DNA from: the human T2T-CHM13v2.0 reference genome, Homo sapiens
Assembly (NCBI RefSeq): GCF_009914755.1
Contig: NC_060947.1
Length of the DNA stretch: 64,000 nt
Direction: 5' to 3' (one strand)
How positions within the stretch are numbered: the stretch's first letter is position 1; every line of letters starts with the position of its first letter. Shown piece after piece: positions 43,031-57,153 of the stretch. The translations under genes and the position numbers were made by a program. Under the pieces are notes generated by a model. It did not search any database, was not told the DNA's origin, and was given only the letters and a program-made list of their open reading frames with translations.

Positions 43031-43803
43031 GGATGGCTTGTAATACCGTTAACCAAAATGTTGAATTCTTCTGGCTTCATGAAATGGAAAAGGCAGTATA
43101 GATCCTCTGTATAGCAGTTATTTTGAGACATAAAGCCTATTATTCTGTTGACAGGCGGACTTCTTTTTTTCAAGGCAAAATCACTTTCACCTTTCCTCAT
43201 GGATTCTATTTCCAACTGCTATATTCATTTTCCTTTGCTTTCTTCTGGACATGCTCTAATCTCTGACACTCTCAGAATGCAAGACACAGGCAGAGTGGTG
43301 AGGGTAGGGTGGAGGGAGGGAGGCAGAGAGAAAGAAAAAAAAGTGTGTTGGGACAATGAGTCTAAGACATAAGAATATCTGCTGGATTCTAACCTTTAAC
43401 TCAGAGGACACAAAGAGAAAAAAGACCTGTGGATATCCTACTCTATCAGTACTGCAGTTCCCACATCAGAGCTTTGTCCATTTTGACAAAGAATCAGAGG
43501 ACAAAAGAGTGATGATGAAGCCTTCAGGGTTAAGACAAGGAACCATGAGTCCTGGAGCCTAACTCCAGCTCAGCCTCAGATCTTTGGAGGGACCCTGGGA
43601 AATTCTCTTCTATTCCAGGTACTCTTCTGCTATAAATACTCAATTAGGTTTAACCATATGCAATTGTCAATAGTAGGCTAGTTTTGATTGACACAAATAG
43701 CAATATCTCATGGTTCAACTTAATACTCTTATCTATTGTAGTCATGTACCTGCTTATTTTACCAGCCTGTATGCATGTGCATTCATACACAGGTGCAAGC
43801 ATG

Positions 43804-43832
43804 CACACACACACACACACACACACACACAC
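43804..43832. repeat. (CA)n microsatellite
   Basis: About 14 CA units. Confidence 0.97.
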
Positions 43833-44059
43833 CACTGCTAGATTGGCAACTCCCTTGTGGCTGAGACAGGTCTGGATCTCTGGGAAAAAAAAAAAATTAA
43901 AGCCCTGATTTATAGTATCTTCTGATTTCCATTATGGATATTATTCCCACCATAGTCAATTTCAGTCTACCAATGTGATGTCACTGGACGTAGAGTTAGG
44001 AAGAGATGTGCACAATTGGCTCTTGAGAGCTGTTACCAGCTGGCCCCGGCACATCACTG
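43833..44059. mobile_element. MER63-like hAT DNA transposon
   Basis: agccctgattt...gttaggaagagatgtgcacaattggctcttgagagc...gcacatcactg. Confidence 0.7.
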
Positions 44060-44864
44060 CTTGTTTCCATATCTATAGCACCTAGCGCAGGATCTCAGAC
44101 TTAGCATGCGGGAAGTAAAAATTTATTACTTTGGAGATGCAGCCTCCTCCCTGAGAATTCAAGCTGCACAGATAATGCCAGTAATAATGACCACCATTTT
44201 GTCTTCTTCCTTTACAGTTTTCAAAATACTCTTTATAACCATTGCACAAGAGGGGGACATGGCAGAGATCCATATTCTTACCTAATGACTGAGGAAGCTG
44301 AGCCCTAGACCAGTGAGGGAAGTGCCCAAGGTCACACAGATGAGCAGGCCAGAACCAGAAAGGCAAGTCTTTGATCCAACTCCCAGGAGGATAAGTGAAC
44401 ACTCCTACTGCCATTGGACTGTACTCATTGGAGCTCAGCTCTATCTCAGATTATGGTGAAGATAATTTTTGACTCATGAGCCTGAACCTGGGATGCTGCA
44501 AACAGTTTCCACCAGCTGCCCACAATTACTCTAAATAGTGGCTGCCATGAATAAAGCCAGCCAAGGAGGAAGTTACATGAGACCATCTGTACCCTGCATG
44601 GTCTTCTGGCTAAGCCAAGAACATAGTCAGTCTTGGTACTGAGAATGAGAGTGAGAAAGAGAGGAATATCAAAAGATTGAAATTGAGGAGTTGGGAGCAG
44701 CAAGAGAGTGAATTCCCCTAAGTATGCCAATTTTTCATTTTCCTAAAAAAAAAAAACCCACTCACAAGTCACAACTAAAACTCTAAACTTACTGTGTCCA
44801 ATGACTGGCCTATCACAGTGTTGGTCTCGCTACTGGCAGGTTTAAAGGTTTTTTAAAAAAAATT

Positions 44865-44991
44865 TTTCTATTATTAAAAAAATTGCGGGTACACAATAGG
44901 TGTATATATTTATGGGGTTCTTAACATGTTTTGATACAGGCATGCAATGTGAAATAATCACATCATGGAGAATAGGGTATCCATCCCCTCA
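44865..44991 (-). mobile_element. L1MA-like 3' end fragment
   Basis: gggtacacaataggtgtatatatttatgggg...gatacaggcatgcaatgtgaaataatcacatcatggagaat. Confidence 0.8.
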
Positions 44992-46173
44992 GGGCCCAAG
45001 CCTCATGAGAGAGATGAATTCATAGAGGGCAGAGGACAACCAGTGCCAGAGTATTTGCATAATACTACCACCTTGAATTTCTATATCCTTTTACAATTTT
45101 CAAAAATTAATTTAATATCCCATGTCTACAGCGTTGTTCAGTGGGGGAAATTAGAATGGCCTTCACTGGATCACAGGACTGGTGAGAGGGAGGATCACTG
45201 GGCATTACTGGTCCTGTTTAGCAGCTAAGAAAACAGGCTCAGACCTATCCAGGTTCTCAAAGACTTGCCTGTTACTCTGGCTGCTCCCAACACAGGCCTG
45301 TCCCAAGCAATTATTTCAACTTCCAAGTGAACAGGGTTACTTCTCAGACTGGCCTACCACTAAGCCCAGCCCCAAAGGTGGAACCAGAGATATCCTACAA
45401 ATACTTGGCTTTATGTCTGGACTACCCTGAAAGTAGTGCTCAAGGGACCCTGAGGAAAGCATCTTGGTGGGTCCCCTGTTTGCAACCTGTATGCAGATAT
45501 GGCTCACTTGCTCACACAAAAAGCTACTGGAGACTCGTAAAAGCCCAGCCTTGGCACTAAGCACCAGCGACTGTCATCTCCTTCCTGCTCACCTGTTTGG
45601 TCGCACTGTTATGCACTTGCTTCCCCCCTTGGCATTGGGCTTCCGATGCCCACTTTAGGTCCCTTACGTGCATGATGATTTTAATTCTGATTAAGCAGCT
45701 CACACCTTAGCCTGGTTTTTCAGGTACAATGTGATGCAGGTCTCTGGGCTTTCAATTGCAGGTCAAATAAACACTTGCCACTGACTTCGTTTGAAGTCTC
45801 CATTTCAACCTTCCCTCAGAGAAGAAGCATTAAACTTTGAGCCTGAATGCTTACAGCCCTGACTCTCCTGAGACCCTGGGTCTAGCCGCCAATAGACACT
45901 CACATAACTCAATGGGAGAAGCACACGAGGTCCACACTCTCACTTCTCCATCTGCTGAGCGCTACAAAAATGTGATCAGTTTAACCAAATTCTCTCCAAC
46001 TACAGGGTCCTACCAAAGATCCAAAATGAGGCTGCCTATGTGCCAAGGATAGGAGCCACAATGATAGTTAAGATTGACCACCATATGTGCAGGGCCTGCA
46101 TGGGCCAGGCAGTAGACAGAGAGGCTTCATACACATTATTGCTATCTCCCATGATGAGGTGAAGATTATTTCT

Positions 46174-46268
46174 TCTATTTTATAGATTAAGATGCTGAGG
46201 CTTAAAGATTTTAAAGATTAAGATGCTGAGGCTTAATCTATTTTATAGATTAAGATGCTGAGGCTTAA
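46174..46268. repeat. Three-copy 31-32 bp tandem repeat inside a MIR
   Basis: Three copies of (tct/ag)atttta(t/a)agattaagatgctgaggcttaa. Confidence 0.92.
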
Positions 46269-46514
46269 AGAAGATCTCACTTATCAAGGTCATACAGCTG
46301 GTAGATCATGGAGCCAGGAATAAGACTTGGGTCTGTTTGACTCCAAAATTCATAATATCACGTAGACTCTTACAGGTATCCAGGAATCATGACAAAGAGC
46401 TTCAGTAAATTTGTCCAAAGTGTTCACCTTAGCATACTAAAATATAGAATTACCTGCTCTATGATAGTGGCTTTTTAAATCTTATTCATTCTTCCTCAAA
46501 GAATGTCAGCATTA

Positions 46515-46800
46515 GGCCAGGCACAGTGGCTCATGCCTCTAGTTCCAGCACTTTGGGAGGCTGAGGTGGGCAGAGAGCTTGGGTCCAATAGTTGGAGAGC
46601 AGCCTAGGCAACATGGTGAAAGCCCAGTTCTACCAAAAATACCAAAAATTAGCCTGGTGTAGTGGCCTGTGCCTGTAGTCCCAGCTACTTGAGAGGCTGA
46701 GGTGGGAGGATTGCTTGAACCTGGAAGGCGGAGGTTGCAGTAAACCAAGATTGGGCCACTGCTCTCCAGAGTGAGACCCTGTCTCAAAAAAAAAAAAAAA
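46515..46800 (+). mobile_element. Alu (J-like)
   Basis: Diverged dimeric Alu with A tail; TSD-like aa(t/a)gtcag(ca/tg)tta. Confidence 0.92.
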
Positions 46801-47014
46801 GTCAGTGTTAAAAGTATGTTAGAGAACATCAAGGAAAGTAATGGCCCCATACCTCTCTGCCTAGGTTAGGTAGTCCCTAAGAGATCATATCCTATTCTGG
46901 GACCCATGCTTGAAGGGGGCACCAACACACTGGGGTATATCTAAGAGGGAGCAAGAAGGCTGGGGAGGGGGCTAAGACCCAAGGCACATAAGGAAGGACT
47001 GGAAGGAGCTTACT

Positions 47015-47671
<657 letters not shown>

Positions 47672-47719
47672 GAGCTGAAGCTAGTTAGGCCTGGAAAAGA
47701 CACTTCTACAGGTGACTTA

Positions 47720-48200
47720 AGTCAGCTCATGTCACTGCTCCCAACTCAGGAGTCTTTACAATGTCTTTGCAGTTGTCTACAAGGCTCTGTTTCATCTCCC
47801 TAGCCCCAACACTACCTCTATGATATTATCTCCTAACATTGTCCCCCTCACTCACTCTACTTCAGCCATTCTGGGCTCATGTTTGTTCCTGCAATACATT
47901 ATATGCTCTCACCTCAGAGCTTTAGCTCTTCTCTCAAATGTGACCTGCTCAGTGAGTCTTCTCTGACCACTCTATTTTAAACTGCGAACCCTGTCTCTCC
48001 TCCTCTACTTAATTTTTCTCCATTGTACCTATCATCATTTGACACTCTATTTTATTTTATTTTCTGCCTCCCCACTCTCACAAAAAAAGTAAGCTCTGTG
48101 AAGGTAAGGGTTTTATCTCTCCTGTTCACTTCCACATGCTTGGCATGTAGAACAGAGTCTGACACAAAACAGGCACTCAATGATATTTATTGATCCAAAG
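47720..48200 (+). mobile_element. L2 3' fragment
   Basis: gtaagctctgtgaaggtaaggg...ctgacacaaaacaggcactcaatgatattt. Confidence 0.6.
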
Positions 48201-51200
48201 AATACCACCTCTGCCTTCAGATCTAGAAGGGCTGTGATGGGGTAGATAGCAGACAAGATCTGTGTGGCACCCAAGGACTAAGCTAGGCCAATTCCAGCTC
48301 AATATAAGAAGGGGCATCTCAGGTATTAAAACTTCTCCAGGAGTCTATGCCAGTTGCAGTGAGCAGGCAGAGGACACATGGTGTAGGGGGGACTTCGAGC
48401 ATCAAAAGGGGCAGGGTGAGAAAAGAACTGCAGCTCAAAATTCCATGTTCTCCAACCCCCTCATTTACAGTGAGGAAACTGAGACTCTGAGAAATCACCC
48501 AAGTTCCCAAGAGTTATAGGAAGAGCAGTGACTAAAATCTTGGAGTCTTGAGTTCTAGGATAGTGAAATCACTTTTTTCCCCAATGAGAAAGTCTTCTGT
48601 GGCAGAGTAATTTCTAGAAATATTTATGTTTGTGTCTGTTGTCTCCCTATGTCCCCATTCCCCATTTTTCTGCTCCATGGAGGTAACCAGGCCCTTGACA
48701 GACCTCTTACAAGAGGGATTTTGCAGTGTAGAAAGAAGAATCAGACTGAAGCCACTAAATCTATCATTCTTTTATAAAACCCCCCAAACCACAGTGAAGA
48801 CATAATATCCTACAGGCAAAGGAAAGAGGGAAGAGACTTCTGAGAGCCCAGAGAGAGAAAAGAAGAACCAGAAAAGAGAGAAAAGAGAAAAGAAGCTCCA
48901 GCTGGGAAGGAAGAGTTCCTGAGTCTGGGACTGTAGGAACCCTTAGCTGTAGAAACTCCTCCTCAAGGAGAGGGTGGACATAGCCCTAAGGTGCTCAGAG
49001 GGAGGAAGAACCTAACATCTCAGGGCTTTTAGCTTTCCTTCCCCTACTATTGGTGTAAAAAATGAGGGTGTCAGTGGCGACTGGAATAGATGGGAGATTA
49101 GTTGCCCTTGACCTGATTTTTGAGCACCACAAATAGTCCCTGGATTCCAGTGCCACCCTTGAGGGAGTGGGGACTCCCAGTCATGACTGACATGGAATTT
49201 CCTACTTCCCTGTTTGGATGGGGAGTCTGGGGTCAGAATTCAGTTACTTCAAAGAAAACAAACAGTGGCTGTTTCTTGCCCTGACACATCTGAGTTTGAA
49301 GATGGAGATGGATGCCCATTCCGTTTTCGGCCTCTTAAAGGACATAACATTACTTAGAGCATCATCCACTTCCTGTTGGTGATGGGTGCTGCACAGGAGC
49401 CCTTAGAAAGCTGCATGAAGTGCCTCATAGGCTGGAAGGAGCAGAGAAAATGTGCTCGGGCATCCAGAGGGAGCAAGTGGGAAAGTAGGAGAGAAACTGA
49501 GGGAACAAAGAACAGCCTTCAAGAGCCCATCAGACAGCAATTATTCTCCCAAAGAAAGAGACTATTTACCACTGTGACTATTAAGTGATTTACAATTAAG
49601 TAGCTCCTCATGAGGCAGCGCTCCAATTGATGATAAAGGTCTGAGTGGCGAAAGCTGAGTGGTGGGAGGCCCTGTCTCCAGGCATCTAAGTGCTCATGTC
49701 TATTGACTCACTCTGCTATTCATCATCTTTCCCAGGGCACTTATTAGCAGATTTAAGTGGGAGGAGTGTTGAGCTCACCTAGAGGGAAACAATTCTCAGA
49801 GATCCAAGGCTGGGGGTTGGGTGGGGGATGGGAGTCCCACCCTGGACTCCACCAGGGCCACAGCCACCAAGCTCCCCTGCTGACTGGGGGAGAGGGCCTT
49901 GGAGCTTGGAGGCTGGGCTGGGCATAGTGGGATAGGGAGGCAGCTAGAGGTCCCTTTCAGCTTTAGGATGCTCTGGCCTGAGGCCAGCTGCTGGGGCCAT
50001 TGCTATGAGTTATCCCTAATGTTCAGCTGACAGCTTCACTATAAGTGCAAAGGTAAAAGCACAAGATTTGGAGTCCAGTGAGCTAGTTGGGTGAATTTTG
50101 GAAAGGGTCTTAACCTCCCTGAGTCTCAGTTTTCTTATCTGAAAATAGGGATAACACCAAATGTCAACTTCATAGGGTTAAATTGAGGATTACACAAGAA
50201 AATGTAGTGTTTAGTGCCTGGCACATATCAATGATGTTATTCATCCTGTGCTTGGAGAATTATTAGCAGTAAACTTTCTCTTCTACCTCTTCTACCCCAG
50301 CCTGCCCTACCCTTTTCCACACTGACTTGCAGTCAGTATTCTATATAACCACGAGCAAGTCACTCTACTTCTCCATGACTCTTTTATTCATCTATAAAGT
50401 GGGGATGAAATTACCTGCTCTTTTCATCTACTTTTTAGGGCCATTTAGAAGATAACAAAGATGGAAAGAGTTTGCAAACTACAAAATGTCACGCTCAGGT
50501 CACTTGCTCTTACTGGCTAGTTTTGGTTCCCAGAAGCCAGGCAGCTCAGCTAAAGCCTAGGAGTTATTAAGCAAAGGAAGAACACGATCAGTAGGGCCCA
50601 GAGCCCAGTCAACTTCCTTGGAAGTGGGGCAGTGGGGAACTAGCAGCTTGTCCACAGCAGTTTCAAAAAGGCTTACAAAAAGCTCTCTTATCTGTTGGAT
50701 TTACGTCTGCTTTAAACATTAACTGGAAACAAGGGCTGACCACTTGCTAGGCACAACCCCAGCCCTCAAACAGACCATAGAACAGTGCTGGAGCTGACCA
50801 AAGTGAGTTTCTTGATGATAAAAGGAAGTTCTTAAGAAATTCCCTCCATCAACGCCACCCACCCCCCCGACCCCCACCCCAATAAGCACTGCAAAGCACT
50901 CCTCAGGGGACCACAGCAAAGGCAGCCATCTGTCATGGCAGAACAGGAAAAGCTCTTGTCCAGCAGGTTCAATACACCAGCATCATATGGGTAAAACAAA
51001 AAATACTCCCTCACGGGCCACCTGAGTCAGAATCAGGGTGAGAAATCCTGCACTTAGGTAGTTGAAAAAGTCCTGAGTCATTTGAGGTAGCCCAGACTCT
51101 GACTTGCATATGGGAACCAGTCAAGTAAAATCTAGCCCAAGATTTGCCAAAGATGAGATTTGCCCACAGCCCAGTTGATTAACTGGGGGCAAAAATTGGC

Positions 51201-52424
51201 AGAAACACAGGCCTCTCAGACTCCAGGACCCTTATGAATTTCTAATAGATATAATGAGATTTTATGGACTTTCCCAGAGGGTCTTGCTCCAAAAGTTCCT
51301 TTAGCAATCATGCCTGCTCCTTCCCTCCCTGGACAGCCCAGGACAGTTAATCCAATTTCTATGAAATATCAACTCCCCTCCCGTAAGTTTCTCTTTTTTT
51401 GTCTTGCTAATTTGCTTTTAATTGGCTTTGCTTGATTCATGAAATACTGAGGGCCACCAAGCTTCTTTGCTGGCCTGGGAAGGGGCCCTAGGGATCCCTT
51501 CAATTATATCCGCAGCAGCACTGCCCACAGCACTTTCAAGCAACTGCTATTTCAGGCCTTTTGGCTTGCTTAGAGATTGCAGTTGGGGGGAACTCAGGAA
51601 TGCATCTACAGCAGGTGCCAGATGCCCTTGCTTGCCAGGGAGCAAGGGTAAGAATCTGGATTAGAGAAACCAAAGCCATGAGCACAATCACCTTCTCTTG
51701 GTTGGTGGCACAGGTAGGCATTTGTGTGGTAGCAGAAAGTGGCAAGTGATTCCTACCTAGGCTAGGACAGGCCTGGAAATCAGCACATGCCCCCAAGGTG
51801 ACTGGTTGTTGCTATGGTATACCACTGGTGCTCACTGGATAAGATGCCCTGCAATAAGTGGCAGAAGCCACATCTCCCCACCCAGCCCAACAGCTGAATA
51901 GGTGGGGCAGGCAGCTATCTGGCCAGCATCTCTGCCCATAGTCCCGGATAAAAGATGCCATTCCTGCAGCTTGGCCTGCCGGTCCCACCATTAGATATAA
52001 CCTTTTGATTGAGCCATCAGCAGGAGGTACACACATTTGTCTCCTGGCTGGTAGGGAGGCCACATACTTGCAGAAATTGAGGCTAATTTTAGAAGTGCTA
52101 GCCAGCCCCTGGCAGTGCACAGGGACTTAAGGGGCAGGTCTTAAGGCATAGAAGGTGTGATAGAGAGTTTGCCAATATGGCATCTGACTGGGATATAAGG
52201 CATGGCTTGGATGAAAAACTGCAATTTCCTCTACTTTCAATTTCAGCCCTGGCTTCTGTTTCCCCTGCTGGTTCTCCCTACTCCACCTCCACCCACCACC
52301 TCCTTGGTTTCTCAATTTCTCTCCAAGGGCAATCCCAACAACCATGGGTTACAGGCACACTACTGTGGAACAAACCACAAGAATGCACATTAGTGACTGA
52401 GGGGTTCCCTCTTGAACCCAGAAG

Positions 52425-52430
52425 TTTATT
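52425..52430 (-). terminator. Candidate distal polyadenylation signal of AMER1
   Basis: AATAAA on the minus strand, followed by GU-rich downstream sequence (TTCTTGTGGTTTGTT). Confidence 0.65.
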
Positions 52431-53705
52431 AGCATTCAGCAAAGAAGTATATGTTGTTACAAACAGGCAGTGCATCAAGATATCCAGATGTCAGTGAGAG
52501 CTAGAAGTGGAGAGGTCAGAACCCGGGTGATTCTGTGATGTCTCAGGGATGGAGAAGAGGAAGCTCAGGTACAGCCAGGGGCCACACTCCCCTTTCTGCA
52601 CTGGGAGAGAAATAACTCTTACACCTGGGGTGATGATGTACTGCAGTTCCTAATTTCTTCCCTCCTTCCTCCAGCCATTTTATTTAACATGACCTAAATA
52701 TACATTCCTGTTTTATTCCCCCCCACCCCCACCCCCATATACAGCAGGAAAAATAAGCACCAATAATAATAACAATAATTAAAGTCCCACCTCTCAATAG
52801 ACCCAACCCTCACACATATACATACCATGTGGATTTTCTTCTTTGGAGTGACTATAGGATTGGAAAGTCAGGGATCAGGCCAGCAAGCCATCACCCTGAA
52901 AGTCACTGTTCCCCAAAGTACCATCCACGTGTGAGCTGGAGCAGGGCAGGGGAGGGGGAATGGTGGTAGGGGAGGAGATTCCCCCAAAGCAGCAAGAGGG
53001 GTGAAGGAGTTCCCCAAAGCCTCTCTTCTGGGAAAATGTCACAATCAACTGAGCTCCTAGGAAGTCCTATGCAAGGGTTTCCTCAACGAGATGGTAAATT
53101 CCTGATAGTGCAAGCATCATTGTCATCTGTCTCCCACAGCTTCTTGGGGAAAGGGGACATGGTTGAAACCCCCTTCCTTCCCCATTGGGTGGAGAATGTT
53201 CCCAAAATGCTCCTTTGGAGAAACTCAACAAGACAAATAGCACAACATGGGCACTCTGATTTCAAAACTAAAGCACAAAACATAACGAGGAAAAAAAATA
53301 AGACACATGAGTACTCTCAGAGGGTCTAGACATGGGGAAGAAGGGTTCAAAAGAAAGAAAAACATAAAATAAAGCCAGAAAATGACAAGCTGTCTACCAG
53401 GTCCCACACGCCTGAGTCACTTGGCGTTTGTCTTCAGTACCTGGGCATCTTCTGCTGTCCCTATCATGGGGGGAGGGAACGGACAGTGTGGTACAGCTAA
53501 GGTAGGGAGAGGGGAAAGAGGGAGGGCCCTAGGCAGTTGAGATGCCAGCCCTCTGCACAAGCAGCAGCAATTTTTGTGTCATCTTTGTTTTGTTTAAAAC
53601 TGTAAACAGCACCGCTTAAAAATAAATCAGAAAAGAACAATTGATAAACATTGTTTTCCATGAATATAAAATGCAAACAATATAAAAATAGATAATTGAC
53701 TTTTG

Positions 53706-53724
53706 ATATATATATATATATATA
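53706..53724. repeat. (TA)n microsatellite in the 3' UTR
   Basis: atatatatatatatatata. Confidence 0.9.
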
Positions 53725-56717
53725 TTAAAAACAACTTGAATGCAACATACACATGGGTAAACTTGAAGTCTCCCTGCTAAACCCCATGCCTCCCTCTAGC
53801 AACTGGGCCTGGGGGCTGAGGGCAGGTGGGGTGGTGGCACTGGCACAGGTAAGGAAAGCTGCTGGCAGCAGGATGAAGGGTACACACCCAGCCTCCTGAG
53901 TGTGTGAAGCTACTTCCCTTCTTGGCATAGGACTAAGGAGGGAGAGAGACTGGTGTTTACTGAACCCATTATCCGGGCAGTCTTGTGGCCTGGTACCCAA
54001 GCTGAGGCCAGATAGGTAGGGCTGGCTTGAACTGGGCCCCAAGGCAGTGCTTCCTTGGAGACTCTAAAGCACCAAGAAACTGGCATCCTGGCCCTGGGAG
54101 AGGCCTACTAGGTGGCCTTCTCTATCCACATTCACTGGTCCTCCAAGGACCAGTCTCATCTGGGAATTCTCAGGATCACAGCTGTCTGGCACTAGGCCTA
54201 TTGGGTAATAAGATGAAGGCAGCTACTTCCACTAAGTCCCATTTTCCCTTAAAATCACATCCAAAAGCATTATTCCAGGACCTTGCAATGGAGACATGTT
54301 GTTCATCTAGTAGTACTCTTGGAGGTGTGGACATGATATCAACAGTTTTAGTGGTCTGGGGTGTATTTGCTGCCACCCAAGCCAGCACTAGTCTGTGTTT
54401 GGAAACAGGCCTGAAGCTTGGCTGGCTCTCCCAATGTCACCCTGTGCTGTCAACACCATGGGTCCCCAGACAGGTCTTCCTTCCTCCCCTAGGCTGCCAT
54501 TGGGTTTCAGCCACAAACTGCTTAGCTCTAGAAATTCAAAGGAACCTGCTTCTGCAGCCACATATCCTGGCTGCCCCACTTCAGGTGGTAAGGATCCTAT
54601 TCCTGGGCTGGCTAGGGCAGTGAAGGGACTTGCAGGCAGCAAGGCTGTCCAAACCATGAACTCTCACTCAGCCCCAGGCCCTACTCTGTGGTGTGTGACC
54701 TTCCAAAGCCCAACAAAGTGTGTCAGGGCTATGCCAGTGCCCCTCAGAGACAATGCCTCATGCTGCCTTCCTGATCCTGAGGGCAGCTCTCAGCCCTTAG
54801 CCAAAGGTTGGCCACCTCCTTTTTCTCTTCCCAGATAGGCTGGTGGCCCTTCTCCAGCAGGGTCTGGAGGCTGGTGATGGCTCTACCGCCTGCTGTGGCT
54901 GGCACAGTCCACATGTAGACAGGAGCTCAAGCTGCCCTGAAAGAAGAGGCAAGAGGTGGGTTCTTCCCTGTTGTAAAGGCATTTGGTGAGTGTTTACTTC
55001 CTGCCAAATAGCCAGGCCAATTTCAGCCCCACCATCCCAGAGCAGCTTTGGTAAGAGGCCAGAAAGTTGGAATTTGGGCACTTCTCTCTTGGAATGCTGT
55101 GCTTGGGGTAAGGAGGGCCTTCCTCACCCTCTTTCATTCTCCAGCTCCACAACAGATACATTTCTTCACAATGTATCTGTAGCCAAAGTCAGCCTGAAGA
55201 GCTGGTCTGGGTCCCTTGAGTGGTGGTGTTAGTGCCATGCAAATTCATGTGGTGCTTCCAGGGGTGCAGCTTCTACCAGCCAGGTCTGCTATTTGTGAGT
55301 AAGGGCACTGGGCCAACCCCAATCTGAGAAATGGTGACAAAGACCAGCATGGACACATCCCCTGGCCAAGAAACAGTTTGCCCACAAAGTCACCTTGACT
55401 TAGGGGGCAAACAGCATCTGTTCCCAAGCTAAATTGCCATATCTCAGGAATGGCAAGAACCCTGTTGACTTCTTCTCTCAACAGGCATGGAGATGGTGGG
55501 ATGTGAGGGCGAGGGTGCAATAATCATAATTTGAGTGAACACAGCCAAGCAAAAAATGTTCCATATGCCATTTCCAATAAAGACATGTAAAAGGAACCCT
55601 CTCCTACAGGTGATTAATGAGAGGTTGAGCTTGGCAAGATTAGCCTGTTCCAATGTCTTCCTGACAGCAAGCTCTTCCCCACCAGTATTTCCAACCTAGT
55701 TTAACATGAAAACTGCATGGATGCAGGAGAAGGGAGGGTGCCATTCATTCCATAAAGGGCTGCAACTGCCAAGAAGCCCTGTCATTTGATGATGCTAAGG
55801 ACTCGGCTAATTGGAAGATAAAAGCTCTTTAAAGGGCCCAGAACAGCAGCTGAGATGCCTTTGGTATCCTGTCTTGGGAGTGCAAACCTGGGGCCTTATT
55901 ACAGAGTCCAAATGATGGGATGGGCAAGGCTTAAGGAACATTTTGTGTTGGGAGGCTTGAGAAGGGAGTTTTCCCTTTTAAGAAACTGAGATACCTTAAG
56001 CTCTGCATGGTCTGAAATCCCCTTTCTTGCTGGCTGTGATAAATGGACCCTCATTTTCTATCTTTCCCCTACACTCCACAAAAACCCCAGCCCCTATAGT
56101 CAAGCCTAATTTAGGTTGCTTCTCTTCCCTTATCTCAATTAAAAGACCGTGTTCCTTGTGATGAGATTATGAAAATTTCCTTTAGAGGAAAAAAGAACAA
56201 AAATTCAAAAGCATCTGCAACTCAGGTAGTCACAAGCTTAAAAGAAGGAAAAAAAATCCTATCATTCCGGAGCTCAACACTCTATGGCAGTGTCCACAAC
56301 AGAACCTTGTTTTGTCTTCTGTTTGCAAATGGATGAATTTTATCACTCCATCAAGGGGATTAGCATTTTTGTCTTTAACCCAAGCTATGGCAGGACAGTT
56401 AAAAGGCCCCCATCTGGTCATGATGCCAAAGTCCACAGCGATAGGCTGTGAGACACACGCTACTTGATCCTCTCTAAGGACAGCTAGCTGGGATGAATAG
56501 CTTATAGTCATCTGATATAATGATGGCAGCTATGCCAGGCCAAAAGGAATAGGGGTGGGGAGGATCTGTACCATAATTTCACATTGCTAATAGCAAATAA
56601 GCCCCACTTCCCCAAGCGGGAGGCAATGCAGACTTGGCTGCTAATCAGTGGTTCATCATTCATTGGGGGAAAGGGGCAGGGGGCACTAAAGGTTTAGCCT
56701 GTGTCAAGGATGCATGC

Positions 56718-56757
56718 TATATATGTGTGTGCATGTGTGTTTGTGTGTGTGTGTGTA

Positions 56758-56833
<76 letters not shown>
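56718..56833. repeat. Compound (TG)n(TA)n microsatellite in the AMER1 3' UTR
   Basis: Interrupted TG tract followed by about 21 TA units. Confidence 0.97.
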
Positions 56834-56835
<2 letters not shown>

Positions 56836-57153
56836 CACTAACTTGGCAACTGGAATAGGCACAAAATTACAGCATCCCAAACCCAGCGTGGGTCACAAGA
56901 AGAAACCTCGAAAGCAAAAACTGGAGTGCAGTAGCAGCAGCAGCCTCCCTGGGCAGATGCACTTGAGTTGAACGTGGCCATAGATGGCAGAAGAGGCAAG
57001 TGGGAAAACCAAGGTGAAAACTCACAGGAGTTTTCCTTGGCCCAAAGGGTTTTCAAGTTAAACAACAACCCCCACCCCCCCACCCTTCTGCCCAACCCCT
57101 GATCCCCATTCACATGCTCAGGCCCCGTGTCCCTACTCCAGAATTGATAATAA

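Larger units (their letters stand above)
52400..57153 (-). other. AMER1: AMER1 3' UTR (~4.7 kb, same exon as the CDS)
   Basis: Largely unique sequence downstream of the stop, with AATAAA on the minus strand at 52425-52430, 52679-52684 and 52712-52717. The exact cleavage site is not determinable from sequence alone. Confidence 0.75.

Noticed and set aside
48560-49320. Possible ancient LTR-derived segment
   Set aside because: Only a weak impression, with no clear termini or TSD; it needs a Dfam search.
54027-55232. 147-198 aa ORFs antisense to the AMER1 3' UTR
   Set aside because: They show no homology or coding-like composition, and several lack ATG starts.
56634-56971. Cys/Val/Ile/Tyr-rich ORFs
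   Set aside because: They are translations of the (TG)n(TA)n microsatellite.
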